A stretch of DNA of 64,000 nucleotides, taken from positions 78,988,001-79,052,000 of the forward strand of contig OX597827.1 in assembly GCA_951406725.2 (NCBI GenBank), given 5' to 3'. Made by a program: the position numbers and the translations under genes. Positions 1 to 10,420 of this stretch are shown one piece after another. The notes under the pieces are model-generated. The model was not told the DNA's origin and ran no database searches. It saw only the letters and a list, made by a program, of their open reading frames with translations. Source of the DNA: Octopus vulgaris. Taxonomy: Eukaryota. Positions within the stretch are counted from its first letter, which is position 1; each line of letters opens with the position of its first letter.

Positions 1-289
1 TACACTAGCCTCGTTTTGATACAGTAACCTTATTTTGAGACATTAGTCTTGCTCTGAGCTACATGGTAGAAGTTCTCTGTTCCTGTCAGCTTTTGCTCAA
101 AGACACATGTCTTCTCTGTAGCTCTCCCCACAATCTCCCACGTGCGACTTACATGTCTATTCACCTCGACACAAGATATATGGTTCATAAACGAAGATAT
201 TTTATCTCACACATTCTCAAAATCACTGTTCTCATTACACACCTGCATACATACTATAATACAAATATTATGTCACTTCTTTCAGTGCA

Positions 290-669
290 AAATCTCTAAA
301 TCATCAGTTCCAAAAGACATTGATTCTTGGACCCATGTGTTTCTACGAAGTGATGCTGTGAAAACCCCTCTCACACCTCCATATACAGGACCCTATTGTG
401 TCCTGTCGCACACAAACTATATACCATTGACATTAATGCTAAAAGAGAAACTGTCTTGATAGACAGGCTTAAGCAGGCATACACAGACTGATACAATACT
501 ACTTCATACATCTCCCACATTCACAGTTCAATATAAAACAGATGCTCCTCCACTGCAACCACCCCCAACACTACCACACACACCGACCCCTCCTCCATAC
601 GTCACTGAAACTTGTAGTGGTCGTCAGGTACACTGGCCCACCAAGCTGTCTAAAACTATATACATCTGA
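290..669 (+). mobile_element. Degenerate Ty3/gypsy LTR-retrotransposon integrase C-terminal remnant
   Basis: VPKDIDSWTHVFLRSDAVKTPLTPPYTGPY (GPY/F-type motif), then after a frameshift TVLIDRLKQAY (VSIDRLKPA-like) and TCSGRQVHWPTKL (TRSGR-like tail). No LTR seen. Confidence 0.75.
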
Positions 670-695
670 ACTATAATGATCTATTTGTGAACGTT

Positions 696-1322
696 AATAC
701 GTTTCGTCTTCATCGTTTCCGATTCGTTTTTTTTTAAGAACTTTCATTTCGTATTTTATTTCCTAGTTGGGTGGTTGCGATGGTAAAACGTCTGGTTATT
801 AAAACACAAGAGAACTTCTTAAACAAAGTAAATACGTTTCGTCTTCATCGTTTCCGATTCGTCTTTTATATATTTTATAATTTTGTATTTTATTTCCTAG
901 TTGGGTGGTTGCGATGGTAAAACGTCTGGTTATTAAAACACAAGAGAACTTCTTAAACAAAGTAAATACGTTTCGTCTTCATCGTTTCCGATTCGTCTTT
1001 TATATATTTTATAATTTTGTATTTCATTTCCTTGTTCGCAGCAATGAGCGATGGTAAAACGTCTGGTTATTAAAACACAAGAGAACTTCTTAAACAAAGT
1101 AAATACGTTTCGTCTTCATCGTTTCCGATTCGTCTTTTATATATTTTATAATTTTGTATTTTATTTCCTAGTTGGGTGGTTGCGATGGTAAAACGTCTGG
1201 TTATTAAAACACAAGAGAACTTCTTAAACAAAGTAAATACGTTTCGTCTTCATCGTTTCCGATTCGTCTTTTATATATTTTATAATTTTGTATTTCATTT
1301 CCTTGTTCGCAGCAATGAGCGA
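696..1322. repeat. Tandem array of about 4.6 units of 134-137 bp, two variants in order A,A,B,A,B
   Basis: aatacgtttcgtcttcatcgtttccgattcg recurs at 696, 831, 965, 1102 and 1236. Variant A has cctagttgggtggttgcgatgg; variant B has ccttgttcgcagcaatgagcga. Confidence 0.95.
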
Positions 1323-2005
1323 GAGAAAGAGAAATCGTGAATACCAGAATAAACTTAATAAAGTAAGAAAAATATATTTGGAAGATGAAAAGAAGCAAGA
1401 AGATTTGGAAGAAGAAGCAGAGAGACATTTGCAAGAAAGATCTGAAGACTTTTTTTAATGCTGTTACCTATCTACCTGTTGATTATTATGCGAAAAGCTT
1501 TCCCGGAAAGGGAAAACGAAGCATCGCAGAAACTATTCAAACCGTCGTGGACTTTTTCGATGAAGAAAAAGCTAACGAGAAAGCCAGAAAAAATGTTGAA
1601 TCTGCTATGGACAAGTATATTGAAATGTATTTTCCTGGTGAGTGTAAAGGTTACAACGAACACCTGAACCGCCTTATTGAGAAAGCAGAAAGAATCGAAG
1701 AAATGAACTTCCCTATTTTAAGAGATATTTTGAAGCATATAAGCGATGATGATTCGTGGAAATTAGTTGCCAAACATCTAGGATCGGATGCAGAGGAAAT
1801 TGATATTAAAGCTCAAGAAACCCCACTGGATAAAAAATGCTATGTTTTTATTAACCTGGTGCCCCATAAAATGCACCTAAAGGATCTGTGCCCTAAGCTG
1901 TTATTTGCTCTCAGTGAATATTGTGAGTGTGAAGTTAATACCGAGAAAGTGGAGGCAGTTTTGGACAAGGCCATCGCTGACCAACAAGCTGAATATATTG
2001 ACTAA
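1315..2005 (+). CDS. Intronless death-domain-like protein (about 229 aa if the +1 shift at T7 1450-1456 is corrected; the 206-aa ORF 1385-2005 is the downstream frame)
   Basis: ATG at 1315 gives MSERKRNREYQNKLNKVRKIYLEDEKKQEDLEEEAERHLQERSEDFF*. Removing one T joins it to FFNAVTY.... The C-terminal ILKHISDDDSWKLVAKHLGSDAEEID...CY...LLFALSEY resembles the death-domain pattern WK.LA..LG....EID...LL.AL. Confidence 0.55.
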
Positions 2006-2355
2006 ATATCGACTTTAATTTTTTATTGATATAATACCTGTCTTGAGTGAAAATGCACATGCATGTATATATTTTTATAATAAGGTTTTGGCAATCTTTC
2101 GTTTGTAGCAGCACACGTTTCATTATCGAATTGTTTAATAGAGGTTTTTTTTCTCTCTAAATTATATACATACATACATACATGTATGTATGTATGTACT
2201 GTTGTGTCTGGGAAGAGTCATTTTGTTAAAAACACGTATGGAGACATACAGACATGGTACATAGTCGCAAAACCCCTCACACAGACACTCAGACATGCAC
2301 ACACAAGGAGACAGAGGTACACACATGCATACACACTTTCATGCATACCCTACCT

Positions 2356-2396
<41 letters not shown>

Positions 2397-2549
2397 AAGA
2401 ATATAAGTATATATATATATATATATATATACATACACACATTCTTACATATATACAGTAAATTCCCCCCATCAAAGAACAAACAAAAAAAAAACAACAA
2501 CAACAACACAGGGTGTTGGTTTTTGTTTTCAATACGATTGCTGTAGCAA

Positions 2550-2905
2550 GGGCGGCGAGCTGGCAGAAACATCCGCCGAGGTCGACTTTTCGGGGTCGAT
2601 TAAATAAGTACCAGTTACGCACTGTGGTCGATGTAATCAACTCGATCCGTTTGTCTGTCCTTGTCTGTCCCCGCTGTGTGTAACCCCTTGTGGGCAGTAA
2701 AATAAGAAGCACTCGCATGCAGGGCAAAGTGCTTGGAGCTATTTCCTGCTTCTATACGTTCTGAGTTCAAATTCTGCCGGTTTCGACTATGCCTTTCATC
2801 CTTTCGGAGTCGATAAAATAAGTACTAGTGAAGCACTGGAGTCGATGTAATCAATTTGGCCCTTCCCCGAAACCTGTTTGCCTTGTGCCAAAATATGAAA
2901 CCAAT
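2550..2905 (+). mobile_element. Two partial tRNA-derived SINE copies (here family B)
   Basis: ggcggcgagctggcagaa head, gagttcaaattc B-box and the central block gtcgactttgcctttcatcctttcggggtcgataaat. Further copies at about 17648-17855(+), 21385-21605(-), 26960-27150(-), 44630-44800(+), 45357-45570(+), 47840-47975(-), 49712-49940(-), 58595-58715(-), 59408-59586(-). Confidence 0.85.
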
Positions 2906-3530
2906 ATTCTGGCAGGAGTCCGGTCTTTCAAAGAACTCCCGGACTTTCTTGGCTGTAATTTTATCTCAGAAAGTGAAATGATCCAAGGGAGATAATTAAT
3001 TGGAACTCGGACACGCATTTCTTATTGAGAAAATATTACTAAAAACGAATTTTAATACTCTTTACTCTCTTTTACTTGTTTCAGTCATTTGACTGTGGCC
3101 ATGCTGGAACACCGCCTTTAGTCGAACGAATTGACCCCAGGACTTATTCTTTGTAAGCCTAGTACTTATTCTATCGGTCTCTTTTACCGAACCGCTAAGT
3201 TACGGGGACGTAAACATACCAGCATCGGTCAAATCAGAACTGATGATCAAACAGGGATACAGTTGCAGTGTAAAATGAGGCAGGGCCCTAAATGTAAAGC
3301 TTTTCTTTTAGTGTAATAAACGCAGCAGGTATTTAAGTTAGAAAACATGTCTCCTCATTAAATGGGACACGAGTCTGTCACAGGGTTTAGCCCCAGCTAC
3401 CACTGCAACTCATTTTCAGTTGAAATCAAACTGGAGCAATGTAAAATGAACTGCCTTGCTCAAGGACACAATGTGCTGCCTGGTGCAGGAATTGAACCTA
3501 TGACCCAATGATCACCAGCTCAACATTTAA

Positions 3531-3749
3531 CCCTTTAGCATTCAGATTATTCTGTCAAATATAATATTTATTCATCCATATTGTTTTAAGCTAATCATGC
3601 ATTATTTCGTAGCTTTAAGATTTCGATGATGTTATCACCTGTTTTTAGATTGACATTATAGGTTGGTGTGAGATACCAAATCTGGGCAGTTTTAACAGAA
3701 AACAGGTAGATTATTTGGGCCGGATATGGTCGGTTTAAACACTAAAGGG
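3531..3749. mobile_element. piggyBac-like MITE
   Basis: TTAA on both sides (3527-3530, 3750-3753) with TIRs CCCTTTAG.../...CTAAAGGG. Confidence 0.8.
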
Positions 3750-3805
3750 TTAAATCACCAGACCTTGAAAAACAAAGTGAAATTTCAGAATATTTGTGTC
3801 ATTGT

Positions 3806-4152
3806 TTATTCGTTTTGTTCTGTGGAAGTGTTGCAGTGTTTCTTGTAGCAAGTCTTTTGTGTGTTCTGCCTGACAGAATGGATACGGTATAATCTCTGAT
3901 TCTGTGTGCAATACTGGACTGATTCGGCGTTCGACTGAGGGACGATGCTTTGGTTTTCATTATGTAAAGTGATGCTCGGACCTCTTACTAGGCTTGGTTG
4001 GCAAATGGCCAGTTCCCTGATCTGAGACAGGTGCAGTTTGTAAAGGTAGCTGATATTATTCGTTTGGTCATCTGGGCAGCTGAAAGCCCGGTGCAGAATT
4101 TTCATGGCTCTGACTCTCGGGTTCTCATCAGTGTAAGGCACCATAGAATGTT
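3806..4152 (-). CDS. PCDH: Predicted terminal cytoplasmic exon of protocadherin 1
   Basis: Strong acceptor ttttatttcttttattttacag|AACATT. Phase-1 entry opens 115 codons (EHSMVPYTDENPRVRAMKILHRAFSCPDD...TEQNE*), matching the phase-1 end of exon 6955-6826. Confidence 0.65.
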
Positions 4153-4244
4153 CTGTAAAATAAAAGAAATAAAACATGGTCTTACATACTCTTTTACTTG
4201 TTTCAGTCATTTGACTGTGGCTATGCTGGAGCACCGCCTTTTGG

Positions 4245-4406
4245 TGAAAGAATACAGCAGGGACCACCACCCCCTGCCGGAGCCTCGTGGAGCTTTTTTA
4301 GGTGTTTTCGCTCAATAAACACTCACAACGCCCGGTCTGGGAATCGAAACCGCGATCCTGCGACCGCGAGTCTGCTGCCCTAACCACTAGGCCATTGCGC
4401 CTCCAC
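4245..4406 (-). mobile_element. tRNA-derived SINE (here family D, tRNA-Arg-like head)
   Basis: Minus strand ggaggcgcaatggcctagtggttagggcagcagactcgcggtcgcaggatcgcggtttcgattcccaga with A and B boxes. A longer copy lies at about 32368-32655(+). Confidence 0.8.
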
Positions 4407-4504
4407 ATGTTGAGAAAACTAGGAGAAAGGGGTCTTTTTTTTTGCCTCCCACATGTTAGTTTTGTCAGTAAGGTGGACCCCTAGATTACAGTTGAGCAGC
4501 AGGA

Positions 4505-4845
4505 GATTTTCATCAGAGCGGCTATCTGGCCCCCATGCCGGTGGCACGTAAAAAACACCATTCGAGCATGATCATTACCAAAGTTGCCTTACTGGCACCT
4601 GTGCTGGTGGCATGTGTAAAAGATTCGAGTGAGGTTGTTGCCAGTGCTGCCTGACTGGCCCCGTGCTGGTGGCACTTAAAAGCTCCCACTACACCCTAAG
4701 AGTGGTTGGTGTTAGGAAGGGCATCCAGCTGTAGAAACTCTGCCAAATCAAGATTGGAGCCTGGTGCAGCCATCTGGATCGCCAGCCCTCAGTCATACGT
4801 CCAACCGATGCTAGCATGGAAACGGATGTTAAGCAATGATGATAA
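4505..4845 (+). mobile_element. SINE or LINE 3'-end repeat with (GAT)n tail (here family C, probably RTE-related)
   Basis: gccggtggcacgtaaaa...gttaggaagggcatccagctgtagaaa...ggacgttaa(gat)n. Copies at about 10590-10730, 18075-18215, 30448-30750, 36150-36400, 44175-44450(-), 48375-48560(-), 54265-54565, 55430-55900, 57950-58118, 58168-58385(-). Confidence 0.8.
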
Positions 4846-5221
4846 CAACTACACTGATGAAACTAAAGGGACAAAGTAGGGGACTCTGAAGGTGAGAATA
4901 TAAAGTAAGGAACACCTGGGAATTTTTTCTTGTCTTTCTTTTTGATCAGGAGGAAAGGCAGCACCCTTTGATTCTTTACAGGATCTGTGAGAGTGGTAGG
5001 AAGGATGAAGGTGTCCTCCAACTGAAAACTTGACCTAAATGCCTTCAAATGTACTCAACATGCCAGGTGATGATGTTAAACTGGAAAAGGGATCAATTAG
5101 CTTGCTTACCGACCACATGGTTCTGGGTTCAGTGGCACTGTGGGCAAATGTTTTCTATAGCCTCAGGCTGACCAAAGCCTTGTGAGTGGATTTGGTAGGC
5201 AGAAACTGAAAGAAGCCTGTC

Positions 5222-5274
<53 letters not shown>

Positions 5275-5276
<2 letters not shown>

Positions 5277-6095
5277 TTTAGGGTTAGATGTGGATGTGTA
5301 TGTTTTGCTGGTGCGTTGTGGTGGAGGTCGGGCAGCTCTCAATTGACCAACCGTGCGGAAGATAATGATATTTATGTCATAAGGAAAATTACTAACTGGA
5401 ACCCGGACATACATATATACCGCTCTGGATCCTAATGTAAGCGTTATTAATAATATTATGAATGATAACATTAATGGTATTGACAACGATAATGATGCTA
5501 ACTTTAATGACACTTTAGAAATTAGTATGAAGCAATATAATGTATTATTGACTATGTATATTTGCATCTAGGTACTAATTTGTGTATGTTTATTATCACA
5601 ATATTAAGTCGAAAAACTGAGACATTGGATGTTGAACACATATGTTAACTAATTTATATTATTTACTTATATCATTATGTATATGTATATTCTTATATAT
5701 ATAGGAGTGTGAGTATATGCACTCATATGTATATGTTGTATTATGGGTATGCACCCACACCCATGTGGGTATATATGTAGACTGTTTTATATTACATAAT
5801 CTCCGAAGAGGCCTTATGATATTTTTGTAAATGTCTCATTTATATCTATATATTGACCTACCATAAAGGGCTAATATTGGTAAAATGAGACATACTTATC
5901 TACATGGCCGAAACAGCTGTAAGATATAATCTATACTTATATTTATATTCTCTTTTATATATATTCTACTTATACAACATTACTTTTTTATGTACATTCC
6001 TTTATGTACACTGATTTGTTCTGCTTTTTATATTTAACCCTACATTCTCTTATGTGGTGGTTTAATAAAGTATGTGGTTGAGTATTATCTGGTAA
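5275..6095 (+). mobile_element. Penelope-like element terminal-repeat fragment inserted into the (TA)n of a family-A SINE
   Basis: AT-rich segment containing a hammerhead motif (5799-5925). SINE halves at about 5098-5223 and 6190-6395 flank it through (TA)n tracts. Confidence 0.6.
5799..5925 (+). ncRNA. Type I hammerhead ribozyme motif (PLE-type) with a 100-nt stem II region
   Basis: atct-CCGAAGA-GGCC...GGCC-GAAAC-AGCT-GTA-agat. Stem I atct/agat, palindromic stem III ACAGCTGT, U4C core variant. Confidence 0.6.
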
Positions 6096-6135
6096 TTGAT
6101 ATTTGATTTAGATGTATTTCTCCATTTTCTTATCT

Positions 6136-6186
<51 letters not shown>

Positions 6187-6825
6187 ATGTTTGTGTGTCT
6201 GTGTTTGTCCCCCAACTATCGCTTGACAACCGATGCTGGTGTGTTTATGTCCCCATAACTTTGCAGTTTGCCAATAAAAACCAATAGAATTAGTACTAGG
6301 CTTACAAAGAATAAGTCCTGCGGTCGATTTGTTTGACTAAAGGCGGTGCTCCAGCATGGCCACAGTCAAATGACTGAAAAGAAAAAAGAATAGAAATAAA
6401 AGAATTCAACCAAAATAGAATTCCAACTCGAACTACAAAGAATCTGAATAAATACCACAAGGTATCTGGCTTGAGGTTGTTAAAGTCATGCCTTGGATTG
6501 ATCTCCTTTTTATTAACTCTGAAAGGACGAAAGACAAATCTGACTTTGGTGGGATTTGAACCCAGAATGGAGGGAGTCAGAACAAATACCACAAGGTATC
6601 ATATTTGATGTTTCTAACAGCTCAATCTATTTGTTTTTATTGGTTTCAGATACTGGGCTCTGGTCATGCTGGAGCCCCACCTTTAATTGTTTTCAGTCAA
6701 TTATGCCAACCCCTGTATGTCGTCGTCACCACCACCACCACCACCACCGTCCTTCATCACCCTCATCTTCATCATTACATTAGGTAATATGTGGGGATGC
6801 ATGTGTGGGATGAAGACCTGCCTAC

Positions 6826-6955
6826 CTGGGTTACAGCTGATCTCAGAACCATTCAGTTGAACTGTTTGATCTGGGGGCAGAATCGCCAGGGTGTTCACGC
6901 TAAATTGGTTTCCATCTCTGCCACCAGGGGGAATGGCTAGTTCTTGTACGCAGGT
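6826..6955 (-). CDS. PCDH: Predicted internal cytoplasmic exon (130 nt) of protocadherin 1
   Basis: Acceptor tcttatttcccctag|ACC and donor CCAG|GTAGGC. Open in phase 0 (TCVQELAIPPGGRDGNQFSVNTLAILPPDQTVQLNGSEISCNP) and ends in phase 1. Confidence 0.7.
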
Positions 6956-7294
6956 CTAGGGGAAATAAGATTTGATAAAGTTTAAGTTATAGGGGTCGAA
7001 TTGCAATAGGGCTTGGTTAATTACACTAAAGTTTAGTGGTGTGCACATGCACACATGCAAATGCAGATACAAACACATAGATGCATGCACATCTACAGAT
7101 ACACACACATACATACACAATCAGATATACACATGTATGCACAGATGTACACATATACAGACATGCATAGATACATGCACAAAACATCATGATAGACACA
7201 TACATGTGACACATATACAGGATATAAATACACATACATAAACACACACAACTATACATATAGATTCATTCACACACACACACACGTGTAATAA

Positions 7295-7780
7295 TCCTTT
7301 GTATTATAGGCATAAGGCCTGAAATTTTTGTGGGAGGGGGGAAGCAGTCGATTAGATCGACCCCCGTATGCAACTGGTACTTAATTTATCAACCCCAAAA
7401 GGATGAAAGGCAAAGTCGACCTTAGCGGAATTTGAACTCAGAATGTAATGGCAGATGGAATACTGCTAAGCATTTCCCCCGGCGTGCTAACATTTCTGCC
7501 AGCTCACCGCCTTCATACACGCACACACACACACACACACATTTACCTCTCAATCAGAATGATATAAGAGAGAGGCAATCTGGCAGAATCGTTAGCAGGC
7601 TGGGTGAAATGCTTAGCCGTATTTCATCTGTCTTTATGTTCTGAGTTCAAATTCTGCCAAAGTCGACTTTGCCTTTCATCCTTTTGGGTCGATAAATTAA
7701 ATACAGTTGCATACTAGGGTTGATCTAATCGACTGGTCTCTCCCCCAAAATTCCGGGCCTCGTGCCTAGAGTAGAAAAGA
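7295..7780. mobile_element. Head-to-head inverted pair of family-B SINEs in protocadherin 1 intron
   Basis: Minus copy about 7295-7511 and plus copy about 7574-7780, separated by a short (CA)n-containing spacer. Confidence 0.85.
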
Positions 7781-7989
7781 ATCCGAATGACATCGGGTTA
7801 ACTGGTGTAGAATTGGAGCAGACCTTGGCTTAACCAACAGTAAGAAGCATGTAATGTATAGAATTTAGATGAGAAATGAAAGTCTGGCATTGTTCCAAGA
7901 TTAGGGAGTATGTTAGGTATAGTATTCAGAACCATATATTCTATCTTTGAGAGTAGATATTGGTAGCTTAGACAAGTTTTTCAACTCAC

Positions 7990-10293
7990 CTGTTGTGTAA
8001 TTTCTGTTGTTTCAAGAAGAACAGAAGAGTTGACTCCATCTAAGTTTGGTTGTCTGCATGTTGCTGCACTTGTATGTGCATCTGGATCCGGTGCACTTTG
8101 ATCTGATGGATGGATTTTGCGGTGATAATGCTGATTGTTCCTGTTGTTGCATTTAATAATGCACCATGTCAGTGGAATTGCAAAAGATACGGACATCACA
8201 ACAGCCACCAGGATTATGACGACCAATAAACTTGAATCTAGTCCTACCACAGTTTGTTTTTGAGCAGATGTCTTTGATTTCATTTGTTTGTTGTTAATGG
8301 TCACTGTCAGAGTTAAATTAGTAAGAGACGAGAGAGAAGGCGTACCACTGTCCTTCACAGATATCTGTAGCTCATGGACACCCGAATCGTTGACACTGAT
8401 TTGGCGGGCAAATAGGAGTAAACCTGAGTAATGATTGATATCAAACAAGCTTCGATTGTTTCCTGAGATAATGTTGTATGTAAGGAAAGCATTCTGACCC
8501 CAGTCTATGTCCTTTGCCTTTAAAATGGTAATGTTGTTTTGACTGGAGTTGTGGTAGGAAATATCCAGGGGAAAGGGGTTATTTGGGGGGAATGTGAAAT
8601 AGGGGGCATTATCATTTTCATCTGTAATTATGACATTGATACTTGCTGTGCTGCTCAGTGATGGGGTCCCTTTATCACAAGCCATGACTTCAAACTTGTA
8701 ACAGCCTTGTTGTTCACGGTCTAATGGTTCTTTTGCTGATATCACCCCATCTTTGGAAATTTGAAATGGTGTCTTAGATTCATTGCTGGAAGACAGAGAG
8801 AAATGTAACTGTCCCCCCGCTCCGAGGTCTGCATCTGTGGCACTAAGGACACCAATTGAGATGTTAGCTTGGTTGTTTTCTTTTGTCCAAAACTGATAGA
8901 ATTTCTTGGAAAATTTTGGATGTTCATCGTTAACGTCTGTTATGATGACTGAGAACTTGTCTTTGGTCTGCAAAGGTGGCTTACCCTTGTCACGACAGAT
9001 GATTGTGACGTCATAGTAGTCATTCAACTCTCTGTCAACTTTATTTTTAATAATAACTTTGAATTTCTTGGGACCTAATTCTACCAGTTGGAATTTGTCG
9101 TGGTTCATCTGACATTCAATGTCACCATTTTGACCCACATCTTCATCTTCCACTTTAATGTACGCAATGAAACTACCGACTCGGATCTGTTCCGATATAA
9201 TGGCAGTTTTTCCTGATGCCCTCGACACAAAGTTGAAATATATCTTTGGTGGTTGATTAAGTTGATTGATGACACGCACCAGAACAGCAGCCATAGAACT
9301 GAGAGGAGGTTTGCCTCCATCAATTGCCTCCACATACAACCAATGTGTCAGCTTCTGTCCTGAAATAAACTTCCTCTGCAAGAACAATTCACCTGTCTTC
9401 TCATTCAATTCAAAATGCGATTTTAAATTCTCTGGTGTGTTGATGCTGAAATGGTATGTGATGTCACCATTCCTCTCCGTATCTTTATCACTCGCTGATA
9501 ACACCAGAATCGGAGAAGTCTGATAGTTTTCATTGATGGCAGTAATGTTGTAGGCATTCTGTGCAAATACTGGTGGATTATCATTGACATCAAGAACTTC
9601 CACCTCAACATCCAGAACACTCTCTTTAGGTGGGACCCCACGGTCTTTAGCAATTACCTGCATAGTGTACATATCTTTTGTTTCTCTGTCAAGATTGTCT
9701 TTGAGAGAAATCCACAGTTCATCTGTTTCATCCAGGCGTTTGGACACGGTCAGTGAAAAGGGGTCACTAGAACTGACCTTCAGTTGATAGTCTATCTTTG
9801 AGTTTAATATCCCAATATCTTTATCCAGAGCACTTGGAATCTTCCTTATTCTCCCCCTTTTGTCATCCTCTAAAAACTCTATTTTCACTTTACTCTTTGG
9901 AAATTGGGGCCGATGATCATTAAGGTCCAACACGTATATTTTTATCTCAAGAATTTTCATAAATGTCTCGGCTTTTTTAATTGCAATATCTACACTTCTG
10001 GAACATTCTATTTTCTGAACACACATCGACTCAGCATCTAGTATTTGAGTAGTGTACAGCTTGCCTGTTTTTTCTGACACTCGGAAGAAATGAGAACCGT
10101 CTGTTACACCTTGCCCCACCTGACTGAATCGAATCAGATCCATTTCTTTGGCACTGATGCTGTTCAGCAGCTTAGAATCAGCTCCAATGTCACCAATGTA
10201 TGTGTTTGGTTTTTCGCCTTCTTCCACATAATATATTAAGTCGACACACAAGTAACACTGGAGGTTTATAAACACTAGTAATAGTGCGAACAT
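7990..10293 (-). CDS. PCDH: Protocadherin 1, large ectodomain exon (signal peptide, EC1-EC6, TM, proximal tail); unspliced ORF stops at 7981
   Basis: ATG at 10293 (MFALLLVFINLQCYLC). EC1 Cys-X5-Cys (CVQKIEC); linkers DLNDHRP, DVNDNPP, NQLNQPP, DVNDEHP, DENDNAP; LDRE/VDRE motifs; TM LLVVIILVAVVMSVSFAIPLTWCII; ends at consensus donor CAG|GTGAGT. Confidence 0.96.
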
Positions 10294-10372
10294 GACACGA
10301 TGAAGTTGGACACAGTTTTGTGAGAGTGGTTTCACTCATGAAGCCCCAGGGAGAATACATCAGGTAATTCAT

Positions 10373-10420
10373 CTGCAGTGATGGGTACAGGGTAAGGTAG
10401 TTTGGGGTGAAGACAGGAGA
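10373..10420 (-). promoter_or_regulatory. Putative 3' splice acceptor upstream of protocadherin 1 large exon
   Basis: Minus strand tctcctgtcttcaccccaaactaccttaccctgtacccatcactgcag|ATG, a C-rich pyrimidine tract plus CAG. Confidence 0.5.

Noticed and set aside
696-1322. CRISPR-like array
   Set aside because: Whole units repeat with no unique spacers, the context is eukaryotic and no cas genes are present.
1385-1450. MKRSKKIWKKKQR as true N-terminus or NLS of the 206-aa ORF
   Set aside because: More simply explained as the shifted reading of the upstream frame starting at 1315, though not fully excluded.
290-2005. Death-domain-like ORF as cargo or env-position gene of the gypsy element
   Set aside because: No PPT or LTR seen downstream, and the gypsy remnant is far more decayed than the array and ORF.
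3998-4318. Plus-strand 106-aa ORF
   Set aside because: Antisense to the predicted terminal Pcdh exon and runs into SINE sequence.
10294-10335. GTG start of the 784-aa ORF given in the track
   Set aside because: Eukaryotic gene; the ATG at 10293 directly opens a signal peptide.
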